Assembly: GCA_021802485.1 (NCBI GenBank)
Contig: JAJZXF010000005.1
Coordinates: 1 to 63,219 of the forward strand
DNA length: 63,219 nucleotides
Source of the DNA: Actinomycetes bacterium
GTDB taxonomy: Bacteria; Actinomycetota; Acidimicrobiia; Acidimicrobiales; JAJZXF01
Direction: 5' to 3'
The position numbers and the translations under genes were made by a program. This document shows positions 37,099-46,521 of the stretch, in pieces. The stretch's first letter is position 1. Every line of letters starts with the position of its first letter. Under the pieces are notes generated by a model. It had not been told where the DNA came from. It saw nothing but the letters and a program-made list of their open reading frames with translations, and ran no database searches.

Positions 37099-37158
37099 GT
37101 CCACTCTAGCGGTAAAGGATGCGATTCAACTCAGGAGACTGAAGGCAGGTGAAGTCGT

Positions 37159-38412
37159 TTAGGCAGCTGGCGGGGTTGGAGCGGCGTTGGCGAGGGACCT
37201 GAGTGTGTTTCGAAGAGCAGCTGCGGATAACGGGAAAGCTCCGGACGTGATTGACCAGGACCCGTAGTCCCAGACCACGCCGTACTTTACAGCATGGGCA
37301 GTCATCCATTTGAGCAGGTGCTGGACGAAGTAGGGATCGTCATTCCCACCGGGACCGTCACCCTGGGGAGCGAGTCCCCATTTTGCTATGGCGAGCGGTT
37401 TACGGTTGGTGCTCGCGAATTCCGCGAACCAGGTCAATCCGTAGTCCACGTTCAAAAGCTCAGCCCATCGTTCTGCAGCGGTGGTCGTTGTCCCAGCAGC
37501 GTTCGCTGTGCCTGAAGGCGGGCTGGGTGCAGTGAGCTCCTGCTGGAGGACGTCTGTGGCTATGATGTCCACGTAGGCGTTTCCGGGGTAGATGGATTCG
37601 GGTGAGATGGCCGTGGATGTCTGGGCCGCGTCCCACTCGAATCGGAAGTGCGCTCCCGGCACAGCACGCATTGACGTGACAATGTCGCGCCAGTACGTAA
37701 CGTACTGGGCAGCGCCAGCCGGTGTTGTCGCAGACCATGGAAGTCCGGGAAGATCAGCATCCCATCCGAGGACGAGGATGGCATCTTGCTGGCCATGCTG
37801 GACGAGGAGCTTCGCGAGTTCGTTGAAGTAGCTGTCGTAAGCCCCTGTCGCTCCGAGCGCGAGCGTGGCTCCTGATGCGGGCAGCATCGGCACTCCCCAG
37901 ATTCTCTGAAATCCGGATCCGGCCCATTTGGCCAGTGTCCACGCGGGGTCAGCGATGGTGCTCCAGCTTGCATTGCTGAGAAAGTCCATCGCGTAGCGGA
38001 CCGGAAAGCCAAGGTAGTCCTGAAAGGCATGGGCCCCTGCGACGTTTCCCGCTCCCGCGTACACGCCAACTCCCACACCGGCCGTCAGGCCGTATCCTGG
38101 AGGGACGCGCGATGGCAGGTGCCTTGCTCCCCGCTGGGTGGGTGCAGTTTGGGCAACCTTCGCGTTCTGGTGCCCTCGAGCGCTGCGCCCGCGTTGGTGA
38201 GGCCCTCCCGGCTCGCCGACGACGAGGGCGGCAAAGCCGGTTGCGAGAACGGCGAGCGCTACTGCAACCCCAGCTATGCGAAGTCTGCTTCGGTGCTGCT
38301 CGGAAGCATGTTCAAAGTACGCAGACCCTAAGTCCTTGGAGTTGTGTGGTTGCGAGCTAGGCAACTTGGTCTGCTCCAGTTGCGATCTTGTCGAGTCGAC
38401 CGCGGGTCCCAC
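37159..38412 (-). CDS. Secreted (beta/alpha)8 glycoside-hydrolase-like protein (GH26-like)
   Basis: It has an N-terminal TM/signal segment. The later segments YDSYFNELAKLL, ILVLGWDADLPGLPW, YVTYWRDIV, YPGNAYVDIIATDV and KPLAIAKWGL line up with the GH26 pattern, but with non-Glu residues where I expect the two catalytic glutamates. This alignment was done by eye and is tentative. Confidence 0.5.
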   Translation of the reverse strand: MGPAVDSTRSQLEQTKLPSSQPHNSKDLGSAYFEHASEQHRSRLRIAGVAVALAVLATGFAALVVGEPGGPHQRGRSARGHQNAKVAQTAPTQRGARHLPSRVPPGYGLTAGVGVGVYAGAGNVAGAHAFQDYLGFPVRYAMDFLSNASWSTIADPAWTLAKWAGSGFQRIWGVPMLPASGATLALGATGAYDSYFNELAKLLVQHGQQDAILVLGWDADLPGLPWSATTPAGAAQYVTYWRDIVTSMRAVPGAHFRFEWDAAQTSTAISPESIYPGNAYVDIIATDVLQQELTAPSPPSGTANAAGTTTTAAERWAELLNVDYGLTWFAEFASTNRKPLAIAKWGLAPQGDGPGGNDDPYFVQHLLKWMTAHAVKYGVVWDYGSWSITSGAFPLSAAALRNTLRSLANAAPTPPAA

Positions 38413-41400
38413 TTCGCAGGCCCCGACCGATGTTGATCGCCGCTCTCCAGGCTTCGGAGAGCACCGCGCGTGAGCGTTTGTCCGCGAGCGGAAGCGGCAG
38501 CGCTACGACGAGGAGAATGCGCTCAGGCCAGGGCGCGAGGTCGAAGAACAGCGCAGGAACCAGGGCCAGGATCCAGATCAGCGCGGGCCATACCGTTGAA
38601 ACGTGTAGGTTCAAGGACTTTCGAAGGGAGATGAACGGCACCGCACCCACCAACACGCCGGCAAGCGGCGCCAGTCCCGCCGAGACTACTCCGAGGCGAG
38701 GTACCACGAGGATCGCAACGACTGCTGTGACCGGCAGTGCAATGATCTCCGCGACAGCGAACCGGATCGGTGAATGTGTAACGAGGAACGTAGCTGCCGC
38801 GACGACGAACAGGGCCTCGCAGAGAGCCGCTGCGGACATAGCTGGAAGCACCATGAACACAGATCGCCACGTCGGGCCGAAGACGGTGCTCACCAGGAAG
38901 GGCGAAGCGATGGTCACTACAACGAGTGGCACCCCTAGAGTCGCGACCTCTAGAACTGTTCCGTCGGTCAAGCCTGTCGCGAGGCGTTCTGCATCATCCT
39001 TCACGCGCGCAAGCCCCGCAAGAGCGACTCGCCATGTGGAGCGCACTCCGATGGAAAGCATGTCGATTATGCGCCAGGAAAGAGCCAGCCAGCCAACAGC
39101 CGTTACACCCAGGTCAGCGCCGATCACGAGAGCAAGGATGGCCCGTGCGCCCCGTGGGCGCCACATCGATACCGACGCTGGGATGCCGAAGCGGAGCATA
39201 TCCACAGCCTCCGCACGTGACCATGCAAACCGGGGTCGAGATCCGGCAAGCCGGTAGCTGCCGAGGAACCGGACAGCCTGCCAGACAAGCGTGCCTGCAA
39301 CCGGAGCCCAGGCGCCCGAGCCCATGAGCGCAAGCGGCAGCGCGACGATGTAAAGAGCGGCGTCTGCTGCAACTTCAAGGATCGCGAGGCGCCCGAAGCC
39401 AAATGAGCGCTCGATGCGGGCCTGAGCGGGTGCCCAGAGCACGTTTAGCGGCAACCCGATTATGAGGATCCTCAGCAAGGGGGTGATGCCGTTGTGGCCG
39501 AGGAGCCCTCCGGCTACGAAGGTCGCGAGCATCAAGACCGCTGAAATACACGCTGTTGTAAGGCACAGGAGTGTGAATGCGATGTCGAAGAGCCTCTGCG
39601 ATGGGTCTTGGTGCCGGATCAGGTATACCTCTGCACCGACTTGAGCGACGGTGGCGCCAAGGGTGACGATGGCCGCTGCGGTCGCGTAGCGGCCGAATGC
39701 GCTGGGGCCGATGAGGCGTGTGAGGGCAAGGACCCCACCGAGACGGATGATCCCGCCGGCACCTTCTCGCAGCATCAGGTAAGCGCCACCTTCGATCCCT
39801 CTCGTGCGTAAGGGACGCTCTGGATCGCTTCCCCTAGTCGCAAGGTGGGCGTCGGTTCCCGGCGGTGGTGGCACTGGTGGGTTCTTGATCGACGCGAGAA
39901 CCGCAAGGTCCGAGCGGTCCACCGAGCGCGGTGAGTAGCCGCTGTGAGCTGCTAGCTGGGTATCCACTGAAAGGCACTGGACCTGCTGCCCGCCAACTAT
40001 GCCTGATGTTGTGCGTGGCAGTGAGCTACTCGCATCTTCAGATGACGTCTTAGAGTTAGGCGGAGCTAGCTCCGCAGGGTGAAGGTCGATCCTGCGCCCG
40101 AAAGCGTCTTCGAGCAGGAGCCTATGTGGGAACAGAGCGGAGGATACGACGTCCACCTCGCGTACGAAGAACCCCTTTTCGCACAGGATCTCTCTTGCGC
40201 GATCTGTCTCGAAAGCTCCAGGTCTTGACGCGTTAACGATGAGGTCCAGGTCATGATGGCGCCGTGTCTTCTTGTGCAAGAGCGCATCGATGCCCCACCC
40301 CCCAGCTATCACTACGCGGATTCCCTCGCGGCCAAGGAGGCCGACTACGTAGTTCACGTCGTTGGCGCTTGCTCCGAGAACGCGCCGTCGCAGCCTTCCG
40401 AGCGACGCGGCACTCACGCGTATTGCCGTTCGTTTTACACGACTTACTCGTCCTCGAGCAAGGTAATCGGTCGTATCAAGCGCAGGAAATGCAGGTGCTG
40501 TTCCAAGTTCAAGCCGGTAGTGGGCTTGTGGCGAGGATACGGACGGGATCCCGTTTGTCGAAATGCTGCTCGCTCGAAGCGAGTTCTCGGGCTGTGATCG
40601 CTGTGCGAGCAGGGATCCGCCAAGCGCACTGCCGGCTGGAGCGAGGAGTCCGAACAGGGCCCAGAGCGCTTGAGGAAGCCCTCCGTTGCTCACGTATGGC
40701 CATATGGCATCCATCGGTATGAGAACCAATGACAATACCACTAGTGCACGTCCCAGTGCGACATCCATGGGGTCAGAACTCCGCGCGGACTTGCGCGCCC
40801 TGTCGATCATTGCCCAGCTCATCGCTCCGAAGAGCACCAGCACTAAGACGCCGCCTTCCATGAGCAGCGTGATGTACTGCGACTCCGTGTACTGCCAGTC
40901 CACGTTCGTCGGCAAGCTCACGCCGTACCCGGTAAGCGGCCTTGCTTCGATTGCGGGTATGTACTCTGTCGTCCAGATCTGGAGTCGGAAAGCGATTGTC
41001 TGGGGCATTCCGACGCTCCGGGAGCTGCCGGCTGACGTGCCGAACTCGGTAACCATACGCTGTCCCAGGTAGGAGCCGAAGGCGAGGATCACTGCCAGGG
41101 TGCCAATCCCCAGCCACGCGAGTACCTTCTTGGAACGCCGGGCCCAGACGCCTAGAGCGATAGCTCCCGCTAGCAGCCCGCCCATCGCTGATATCTCAGC
41201 GGTCAGCATCAGCGCTGCAAGGGACAGCGCTGTTACAAGCTTGGTGGTGCGCGTCCTGTCATGAAAGGTGCGAAACAGTGCGAACGACACAAGGGGAATC
41301 AGGACCGTGATCAGGTAACCTGCTAGCGGCGTCCAGTGGTCGAACGGACCGGTGGCCCGCTTGAAGACATGGTAAGCAGGCGAGCCGAGAACTGTGCTAC

Positions 41401-42232
41401 CGGTGAGCTTGATGATGAACGCGTTGATAGCGTGCAACCCTGACTGCTGTGCGATAGCCAGCAGCGAGACGGGGATGCTTGCTACGAGGAAGGCGATCAG
41501 AGCGTTCCTGCGCTCCTTGCGGGTTCGAAGCGATACCCGTACAGCTCTGTAGATGAGGAAGAACTGCAACTGCCCGATCGCTGTGCCCCAGTTCGAGATC
41601 GTAAGGTGCTCGTGCATAGTGAGTGCGTTCACTGCGGCCATTGCCGCCCAGCCAAGGCCGTAGATGAGCAGGAGCCAGTCGAGAGCTCCCCAACGCACGG
41701 CATCCTTTTTCCTTGTGGCAACAAGAACCGTCACTCCGACGGCGCCGATCAGCGCCTCCGAGAGCCGCACGTGTGGTACTGGGATTCCTGGCTGGAAACC
41801 CGAGACGATCGGGACGATCGCGACCAGTATGAATCCTCCAATAGCAGGGCGGACGAGAACCACGCCGACGACGACGAACCCGCCGAGAAGTGCGATCGCG
41901 AGCTTGATGTCGTATACGCCAGCCACCCCGATCGCAATCCCGCCGAAGATTGCCGCTATTGCAAGGAGCAGATCACGGGGAGCTGTCGTGAGCCAGCTCT
42001 GTGCTGGTTCTGGCAGCTGAAGTGGGTTCCGAACTGGTCGCTGGTCTTGCGGCGCGACCGTTCTTGGATCCGGGGATGCCGATGTGATGTCCAGCTCTGT
42101 GGCGTTCCGGGCCGGCTTGGTGTCCCCGGCGTCGTGGAATGAGCTTCGCGAGGTGCCGGCAGGTGTTTCATCAGATGATGAGCCGGCAGTCTTCACCCGC
42201 TGGCCCGGCGCAAGTGCGCTAGAGCCCTTCAA
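38357..42232 (-). CDS. 1291-aa fusion of a Wzy/O-antigen-ligase-like polymerase domain, an Lnu/ANT(2'')-like nucleotidyltransferase domain and a Wzx-like (MOP) flippase domain
   Basis: aa ~90-560 form a polytopic domain with the Wzy_C-like RATGPFDHWTPLAGYL loop. aa ~600-760 are soluble, with GREGIRVVIAGGWGIDALLHKKTRRHHDLDLIV (the GGWGxDALLGxxTRxHxDxD signature of small nucleotidyltransferases). aa ~830-1291 contain about 12 TM helices typical of polysaccharide flippases. It is a single uninterrupted frame. Confidence 0.7.
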   Translation of the reverse strand: MKGSSALAPGQRVKTAGSSSDETPAGTSRSSFHDAGDTKPARNATELDITSASPDPRTVAPQDQRPVRNPLQLPEPAQSWLTTAPRDLLLAIAAIFGGIAIGVAGVYDIKLAIALLGGFVVVGVVLVRPAIGGFILVAIVPIVSGFQPGIPVPHVRLSEALIGAVGVTVLVATRKKDAVRWGALDWLLLIYGLGWAAMAAVNALTMHEHLTISNWGTAIGQLQFFLIYRAVRVSLRTRKERRNALIAFLVASIPVSLLAIAQQSGLHAINAFIIKLTGSTVLGSPAYHVFKRATGPFDHWTPLAGYLITVLIPLVSFALFRTFHDRTRTTKLVTALSLAALMLTAEISAMGGLLAGAIALGVWARRSKKVLAWLGIGTLAVILAFGSYLGQRMVTEFGTSAGSSRSVGMPQTIAFRLQIWTTEYIPAIEARPLTGYGVSLPTNVDWQYTESQYITLLMEGGVLVLVLFGAMSWAMIDRARKSARSSDPMDVALGRALVVLSLVLIPMDAIWPYVSNGGLPQALWALFGLLAPAGSALGGSLLAQRSQPENSLRASSISTNGIPSVSSPQAHYRLELGTAPAFPALDTTDYLARGRVSRVKRTAIRVSAASLGRLRRRVLGASANDVNYVVGLLGREGIRVVIAGGWGIDALLHKKTRRHHDLDLIVNASRPGAFETDRAREILCEKGFFVREVDVVSSALFPHRLLLEDAFGRRIDLHPAELAPPNSKTSSEDASSSLPRTTSGIVGGQQVQCLSVDTQLAAHSGYSPRSVDRSDLAVLASIKNPPVPPPPGTDAHLATRGSDPERPLRTRGIEGGAYLMLREGAGGIIRLGGVLALTRLIGPSAFGRYATAAAIVTLGATVAQVGAEVYLIRHQDPSQRLFDIAFTLLCLTTACISAVLMLATFVAGGLLGHNGITPLLRILIIGLPLNVLWAPAQARIERSFGFGRLAILEVAADAALYIVALPLALMGSGAWAPVAGTLVWQAVRFLGSYRLAGSRPRFAWSRAEAVDMLRFGIPASVSMWRPRGARAILALVIGADLGVTAVGWLALSWRIIDMLSIGVRSTWRVALAGLARVKDDAERLATGLTDGTVLEVATLGVPLVVVTIASPFLVSTVFGPTWRSVFMVLPAMSAAALCEALFVVAAATFLVTHSPIRFAVAEIIALPVTAVVAILVVPRLGVVSAGLAPLAGVLVGAVPFISLRKSLNLHVSTVWPALIWILALVPALFFDLAPWPERILLVVALPLPLADKRSRAVLSEAWRAAINIGRGLRSGTRGRLDKIATGADQVA

Positions 42233-42235
42233 TGC

Positions 42236-44560
42236 TCAGTTCCCCTTGCGCGCCCGTGGCAGCAGAAGCGCCAAGACAGGCGCGCGCCCGATGATCTCCA
42301 GGCGTTCAGCTGCTGTAGAGACCTTTTTCAGCCGTTCTCCACGAGTGACGGCAAGGACCGTGGGTCCGTGACCGGTAGCAGCCTGCCAGGAGCCGGCATC
42401 GGTCTCAAAGGAGGCGGAGACGCTGAGCGTCGGCGTCGGGCTTGACATGGAATCTGCACCCGCATTGCCAAGGTCGCAGAGATCGCTTGCCAGATCCTTT
42501 GCTGGACGGGACGCCTTGGTGTTGAGTGGGACGATCACGGTAGCGCTTTGAGCTTTGCTAGCGGATCCACTGCTCGGGGAAAGAACCCGCGAGAGCTCTA
42601 CGAGTGATATGCCTCCAGGGACCTCTGCTGCTGGGCAGGAAATTGCCCTGGCAAGGTCGCTTGCCTTGTCGGCTCTCGGGTCTGCTCTCTCAGCAGCTAT
42701 GACGAGGATGATGCCGAGCACCAACCCGAGGACGGCGCCAAGTGGGAGTCCGTAGCGGTTGAGCTTGCCAGAGTGAGTAACGTGCTTTGGCATTTGCACC
42801 GCGACGATGCTGCCGGGCGGTATTGCGGCTGTCGGAGAGAGGCCTCCTGAGATTGTCTGTGCAAGCACGGTTGCACCCGCTAGAGCCATCTGTGATGTTG
42901 GTGCCTTATATGACACGCTGATAACGGAGGTATTTCTTTCGACCACAACCGTGAGGTTGCGTTCCACCGCGTCTACCGGTACTCCAAGCTGACTTGCGAC
43001 CACGTTCAACAAAGCGGTGTCGGTGGGTATGACAGCCGCGTAGGTGATCGCGAGCGAGTCAGCTTCAGCTGCATTTCCGGGGCCGAGCTGCGTGGCTCCT
43101 GAACGCACGTCGAGAAGTGCTTGAGCGGAGTATGTGACCTTTGCATGTTTGCCGGCCCAGAAGCCTGCTGCGCCAGCGATGACGGTCGCGAGCAGCATCA
43201 GCCAACCGCGCCGCACTACCCAGGCATTTCGCGGAGCATGCCGTGTTTTCCTCCTGGTACAAGCTTTGGGCGCCAGGTTGAGCTCGGGGGGAAGGGGTGG
43301 CGCTTCCTGACTCATTTCCTGACGGGCAAGTGGCCAGGATCCTGTCTTGGCGCTCGCCTCGGCCTTTTCCGCCTGCTGAGTTTGCCACAGAGACGTGCTG
43401 CTCGCGTCTGTACTGAGCGGAGCTGGCTCCGCGTGCAGGGATGCCTCGTCTGTCGGAGCTATTGGCGATGTGTTCGGGTCGTCTTCGTCGCCGAGGACGC
43501 CTGGGCGCGATTGGCGGTCGCTTGCGGCGACCTCGTGTTCTGGCTCTGCGTTCGCATCCGCGGTGCTTGAGGTGTTGGAGCTAGGTGAGGCAATTGCCGA
43601 GTGAGCGTTGTAGTTGCCGATCGCGCCCCCCGCGGTCAAGCTTCTAGGCTTGTCCATCGAAGGCATGCTTCGCGTGACAGATGTGGGCGGCAATTGTAGT
43701 GGCCAGGCGGGGGGGCGCATGGCCGTTGGGGCTACTGATTCTCCTGACAGGTGGTACTTCACTTCAGGCACGAAGGAGAGTGCCCCGTGTGGGTGACTCG
43801 AACCCAGAGATTCAGGTTCCCCGGGCAGTTGTTGAGTGTTGTTACCCTGTGGTTGGGATGGGATTGGGTGTCTTCTGGTCCCATCGATGCCCGGCAGGTA
43901 TGCTTTCGCGCCGGCTTCGGCGTCGTGAGCTTGTGCCCAAGTTAGCGTGTACAGGCATGTGGGAGCACCGTGGTGTTGACACGAGGTCTCGACCACAACA
44001 CCGGGCTCGCGTGCGCCTGCTATGAGGGGAGTGGCTTCCAAGAAGCCCTTGGTGAGCTCGCATATCTGCGGCTTTCCTACTAGCTCATCACGGGTGGTAG
44101 TACGGAGGACCGCGCACCCGTCGCGAGTACGTAGCACCTCGATACGAACCCCGAGTTTCGCGAGGCGCCTTGCCGAGCGTTCGATCAGGCTTCCCATGGC
44201 TTCGTTGATGCCGGGTCCTGGCGCGGCCTCTTGCGCGGAGATTAGAACGCGGCTGTATGCCAGTTCCCAGCCGGCGGTGCGAGCGTCAGGTAGCTCCGCG
44301 TCCCAGATGCCAGTGGAGACCAGTACTTGAATGAGCTGTCTTGCCGGGATCGCGCTACCTGCCCAATGTGTGCCAGCAGCGACCGCCGCCGCTCGGGCGA
44401 CAGGATTGTCCTCGGGGGAGCGTGCTCCAGGAGGGAAGGTTGACGATAGGTTCCAGATCCCAGCGGACAATAGCGCTGAGGCAGCGCGACCACCTTTGCT
44501 TCTTGATCGCGCGAGGTGCATGGCCTCCTCCTCGGGTGTAAGAACGCGTATTGGCATCAT
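42236..44560 (-). CDS. V4R-like sensor domain / disordered linker / Wzz-type polysaccharide co-polymerase / degenerate BY-kinase-like domain
   Basis: The N-terminus ends in ICELTKGFLEATPLIAGAREPGVVVETSCQHHGAPTCLYTLTW (V4R C...G...E..C..G...C signature). A ~250-aa low-complexity linker follows, then TM1, a periplasmic PCP segment and TM2 (GLPLGAVLGLVLGIILVIAAERADPR). The C-terminal domain lacks a Walker A motif (VIVPLNTKASRP). Confidence 0.65.
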   Translation of the reverse strand: MMPIRVLTPEEEAMHLARSRSKGGRAASALLSAGIWNLSSTFPPGARSPEDNPVARAAAVAAGTHWAGSAIPARQLIQVLVSTGIWDAELPDARTAGWELAYSRVLISAQEAAPGPGINEAMGSLIERSARRLAKLGVRIEVLRTRDGCAVLRTTTRDELVGKPQICELTKGFLEATPLIAGAREPGVVVETSCQHHGAPTCLYTLTWAQAHDAEAGAKAYLPGIDGTRRHPIPSQPQGNNTQQLPGEPESLGSSHPHGALSFVPEVKYHLSGESVAPTAMRPPAWPLQLPPTSVTRSMPSMDKPRSLTAGGAIGNYNAHSAIASPSSNTSSTADANAEPEHEVAASDRQSRPGVLGDEDDPNTSPIAPTDEASLHAEPAPLSTDASSTSLWQTQQAEKAEASAKTGSWPLARQEMSQEAPPLPPELNLAPKACTRRKTRHAPRNAWVVRRGWLMLLATVIAGAAGFWAGKHAKVTYSAQALLDVRSGATQLGPGNAAEADSLAITYAAVIPTDTALLNVVASQLGVPVDAVERNLTVVVERNTSVISVSYKAPTSQMALAGATVLAQTISGGLSPTAAIPPGSIVAVQMPKHVTHSGKLNRYGLPLGAVLGLVLGIILVIAAERADPRADKASDLARAISCPAAEVPGGISLVELSRVLSPSSGSASKAQSATVIVPLNTKASRPAKDLASDLCDLGNAGADSMSSPTPTLSVSASFETDAGSWQAATGHGPTVLAVTRGERLKKVSTAAERLEIIGRAPVLALLLPRARKGN

Positions 44561-44571
44561 CAGATCACCAG

Positions 44572-46521
44572 CTAGTCCTCATGGCCTTGAAGTCGTATGC
44601 TCTTCATCCTGTAAAGCTCCCGATCAGCTCGCACGAGAACTGACGTTGCGTCGTCTGCCCTGCCGTCCGCAACGACCGAACCCAGGGTGACGAGCACCCT
44701 GAGAGTCTGGCTACGCACCTGGTATGGATCGGAGAGAATTGTGCGAACCCTGCGCATCACCGCATCAAGCTCTGCAGGGTCGGGAGATGACATGTAGGCG
44801 ACAGCGGCGAACTCGTCGCCGCCGAGTCGTGCGACAGTGTCGTTTGGCCTTAGCACGCCTTCCAGGCGCCTTGCGACAGCGGTGAGCACTTCGTCGCCTA
44901 CATCGTGGCCGTAGTGGTCGTTTACTAGCTTGAGCCCGTCAAGGTCGCAGAAAAGAAGGCTGACCCGACCACCTTCGCGACGTGAGCGCACCAGAGCGCG
45001 ATTCAAGTGATCGAGCAAGAGGGATCGGTTTGCAACGCCGGTGAGTGGATCGTAGAGAGCAAGCCTCGTTAGCCAAGCCTCGTGTTCGCGCTGAGCGGAC
45101 GCGTCGTGGAGTACAAAGAGTGCCCCTTGCCCGTCGCGACCGACCTCTAGCGGTCGTGCGGATGCGACTAGCCATCGCGGCCCCCCTTTTTCCTGTGGGA
45201 GCTGGAGCTGTTCGTTGCGCACGGTTGCTCCGCCAAGAGCCCTAGCGAGTGGGTGCTCGGCTGGAGTGATCCGGGTGCCGTCAGATGCAAGTAGTGCGGT
45301 GTTCTGGGGGAATGGCCGCCCTAAGAGCTCTTCGTCGGCCGGGAGCCCATGAAGCGTCGCCGCTGCCGCGTTGGAAAGGATCACAACACCATGTCTGTCG
45401 CATGCGATGAGCGCATCTTCTAAAGCATTGATCACAGAGCGTGCGGTGAGCAGTTCGTCATTGCTTTCCGGCCTGCTCTGTGACTCGCTCGCTAGCCGCA
45501 GGCTTGCGACGTAGCAGCTCCCAAGTTGCCTACTCTGGAACTCTGTGCCACAGATGTTGACCTGGACCGTTGAGCCCTCGTTGGAGAGCATTCTCACGCG
45601 CTGTCCTGGAGGCGGTTCGCCGACGATCATCTTTGCAAGGTTCTCAGACGCGCGGGTCTCGGTGAGAAGCGGATCGAACGGGTCGAGAAGATCCACGATG
45701 TCTCTTCCAAGGACCTCCGATGCGCTGGTAGCGACGACGGATGAGATCGATTCGCTCGCATAAATAATCGTACCGTCCTCGCGGACGACCATGATCGGGT
45801 CCGGCACGTGACGAACCACTTCTTCCAGGAAAGTCCCTTCTTGCAACTGCGCTATGGGCGAAGAGCCATCCGTTTGGGCCTCGCTCGAGGATTGCCCGGC
45901 GCGCTCCTGTTCGCTAAGTGCGGACCCAGCGGCGAATCCTCGGGTCAAAGGCTCCGCTGCAGGCACGAATCCAGTTCCTGCTGTTGTGTCGTCGGCCACT
46001 GGTAGAGGCCATGGAGTCTCTTCCTCAGGTTTCCCAGTTGGCGCCTGACGCACTGGTGGCTGGTCAACATCGGAAAGGACTTCGGAACGAGTCCTTTCGA
46101 CGAGCCGGTTGGCTATTCTTTTCAGTCCAAGGCGCAACTCGTCATCGATAGTTGGCGCTGCGGTGTCTACTATTCCAAGAATTCCGAGAAATCCGGCCTC
46201 GGCCGCGGTGTCGAGTCGTAGGGGAACTGCAATGCACGACATGCGTGTTATTCCCGGGTGGCCTGGGATCATCGCTTCCGAGCAGTAGAATATGTCGGTT
46301 CCCAGAGCCTCGGGATTGGTGATGCAGCTTCGTGCAAGCGAGCTGACGCGATCGCGTGTCTCGGGGCGCGTTCCCGTTGGAGGCAGGAAGACCGTGACGT
46401 CGCCGTCGGGCGTCACAAGGAACGAGCTCAGAGCGGCGCATAGATCACGTGCTAGATGGAGAAGCTCCTCGCCGGTTTCATCGAGTGTCATCTTGGGGGG
46501 TGAACCCGAGGAGGTGCTCAT
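44572..46521 (-). CDS. GAF-PAS-PAS-GGDEF diguanylate cyclase
   Basis: The C-terminal YDPLTGVANRSLLLDHL...LLFCDLDGLKLVNDHYGHDVGDEVL...VARLGGDEFAAVA is an intact GGDEF active site. Sensor domains lie upstream. Confidence 0.85.
   Translation of the reverse strand: MSTSSGSPPKMTLDETGEELLHLARDLCAALSSFLVTPDGDVTVFLPPTGTRPETRDRVSSLARSCITNPEALGTDIFYCSEAMIPGHPGITRMSCIAVPLRLDTAAEAGFLGILGIVDTAAPTIDDELRLGLKRIANRLVERTRSEVLSDVDQPPVRQAPTGKPEEETPWPLPVADDTTAGTGFVPAAEPLTRGFAAGSALSEQERAGQSSSEAQTDGSSPIAQLQEGTFLEEVVRHVPDPIMVVREDGTIIYASESISSVVATSASEVLGRDIVDLLDPFDPLLTETRASENLAKMIVGEPPPGQRVRMLSNEGSTVQVNICGTEFQSRQLGSCYVASLRLASESQSRPESNDELLTARSVINALEDALIACDRHGVVILSNAAAATLHGLPADEELLGRPFPQNTALLASDGTRITPAEHPLARALGGATVRNEQLQLPQEKGGPRWLVASARPLEVGRDGQGALFVLHDASAQREHEAWLTRLALYDPLTGVANRSLLLDHLNRALVRSRREGGRVSLLFCDLDGLKLVNDHYGHDVGDEVLTAVARRLEGVLRPNDTVARLGGDEFAAVAYMSSPDPAELDAVMRRVRTILSDPYQVRSQTLRVLVTLGSVVADGRADDATSVLVRADRELYRMKSIRLQGHED

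Noticed and set aside
38388-39257. 289-aa plus-strand ORF, and similar ORFs antisense to the giant Wzy-NTase-Wzx gene (e.g. 41606-42142).
   Set aside because: They are antisense to a gene with clear membrane-protein periodicity. Their Arg/Ser/Thr/Ala-rich low-complexity composition looks spurious.
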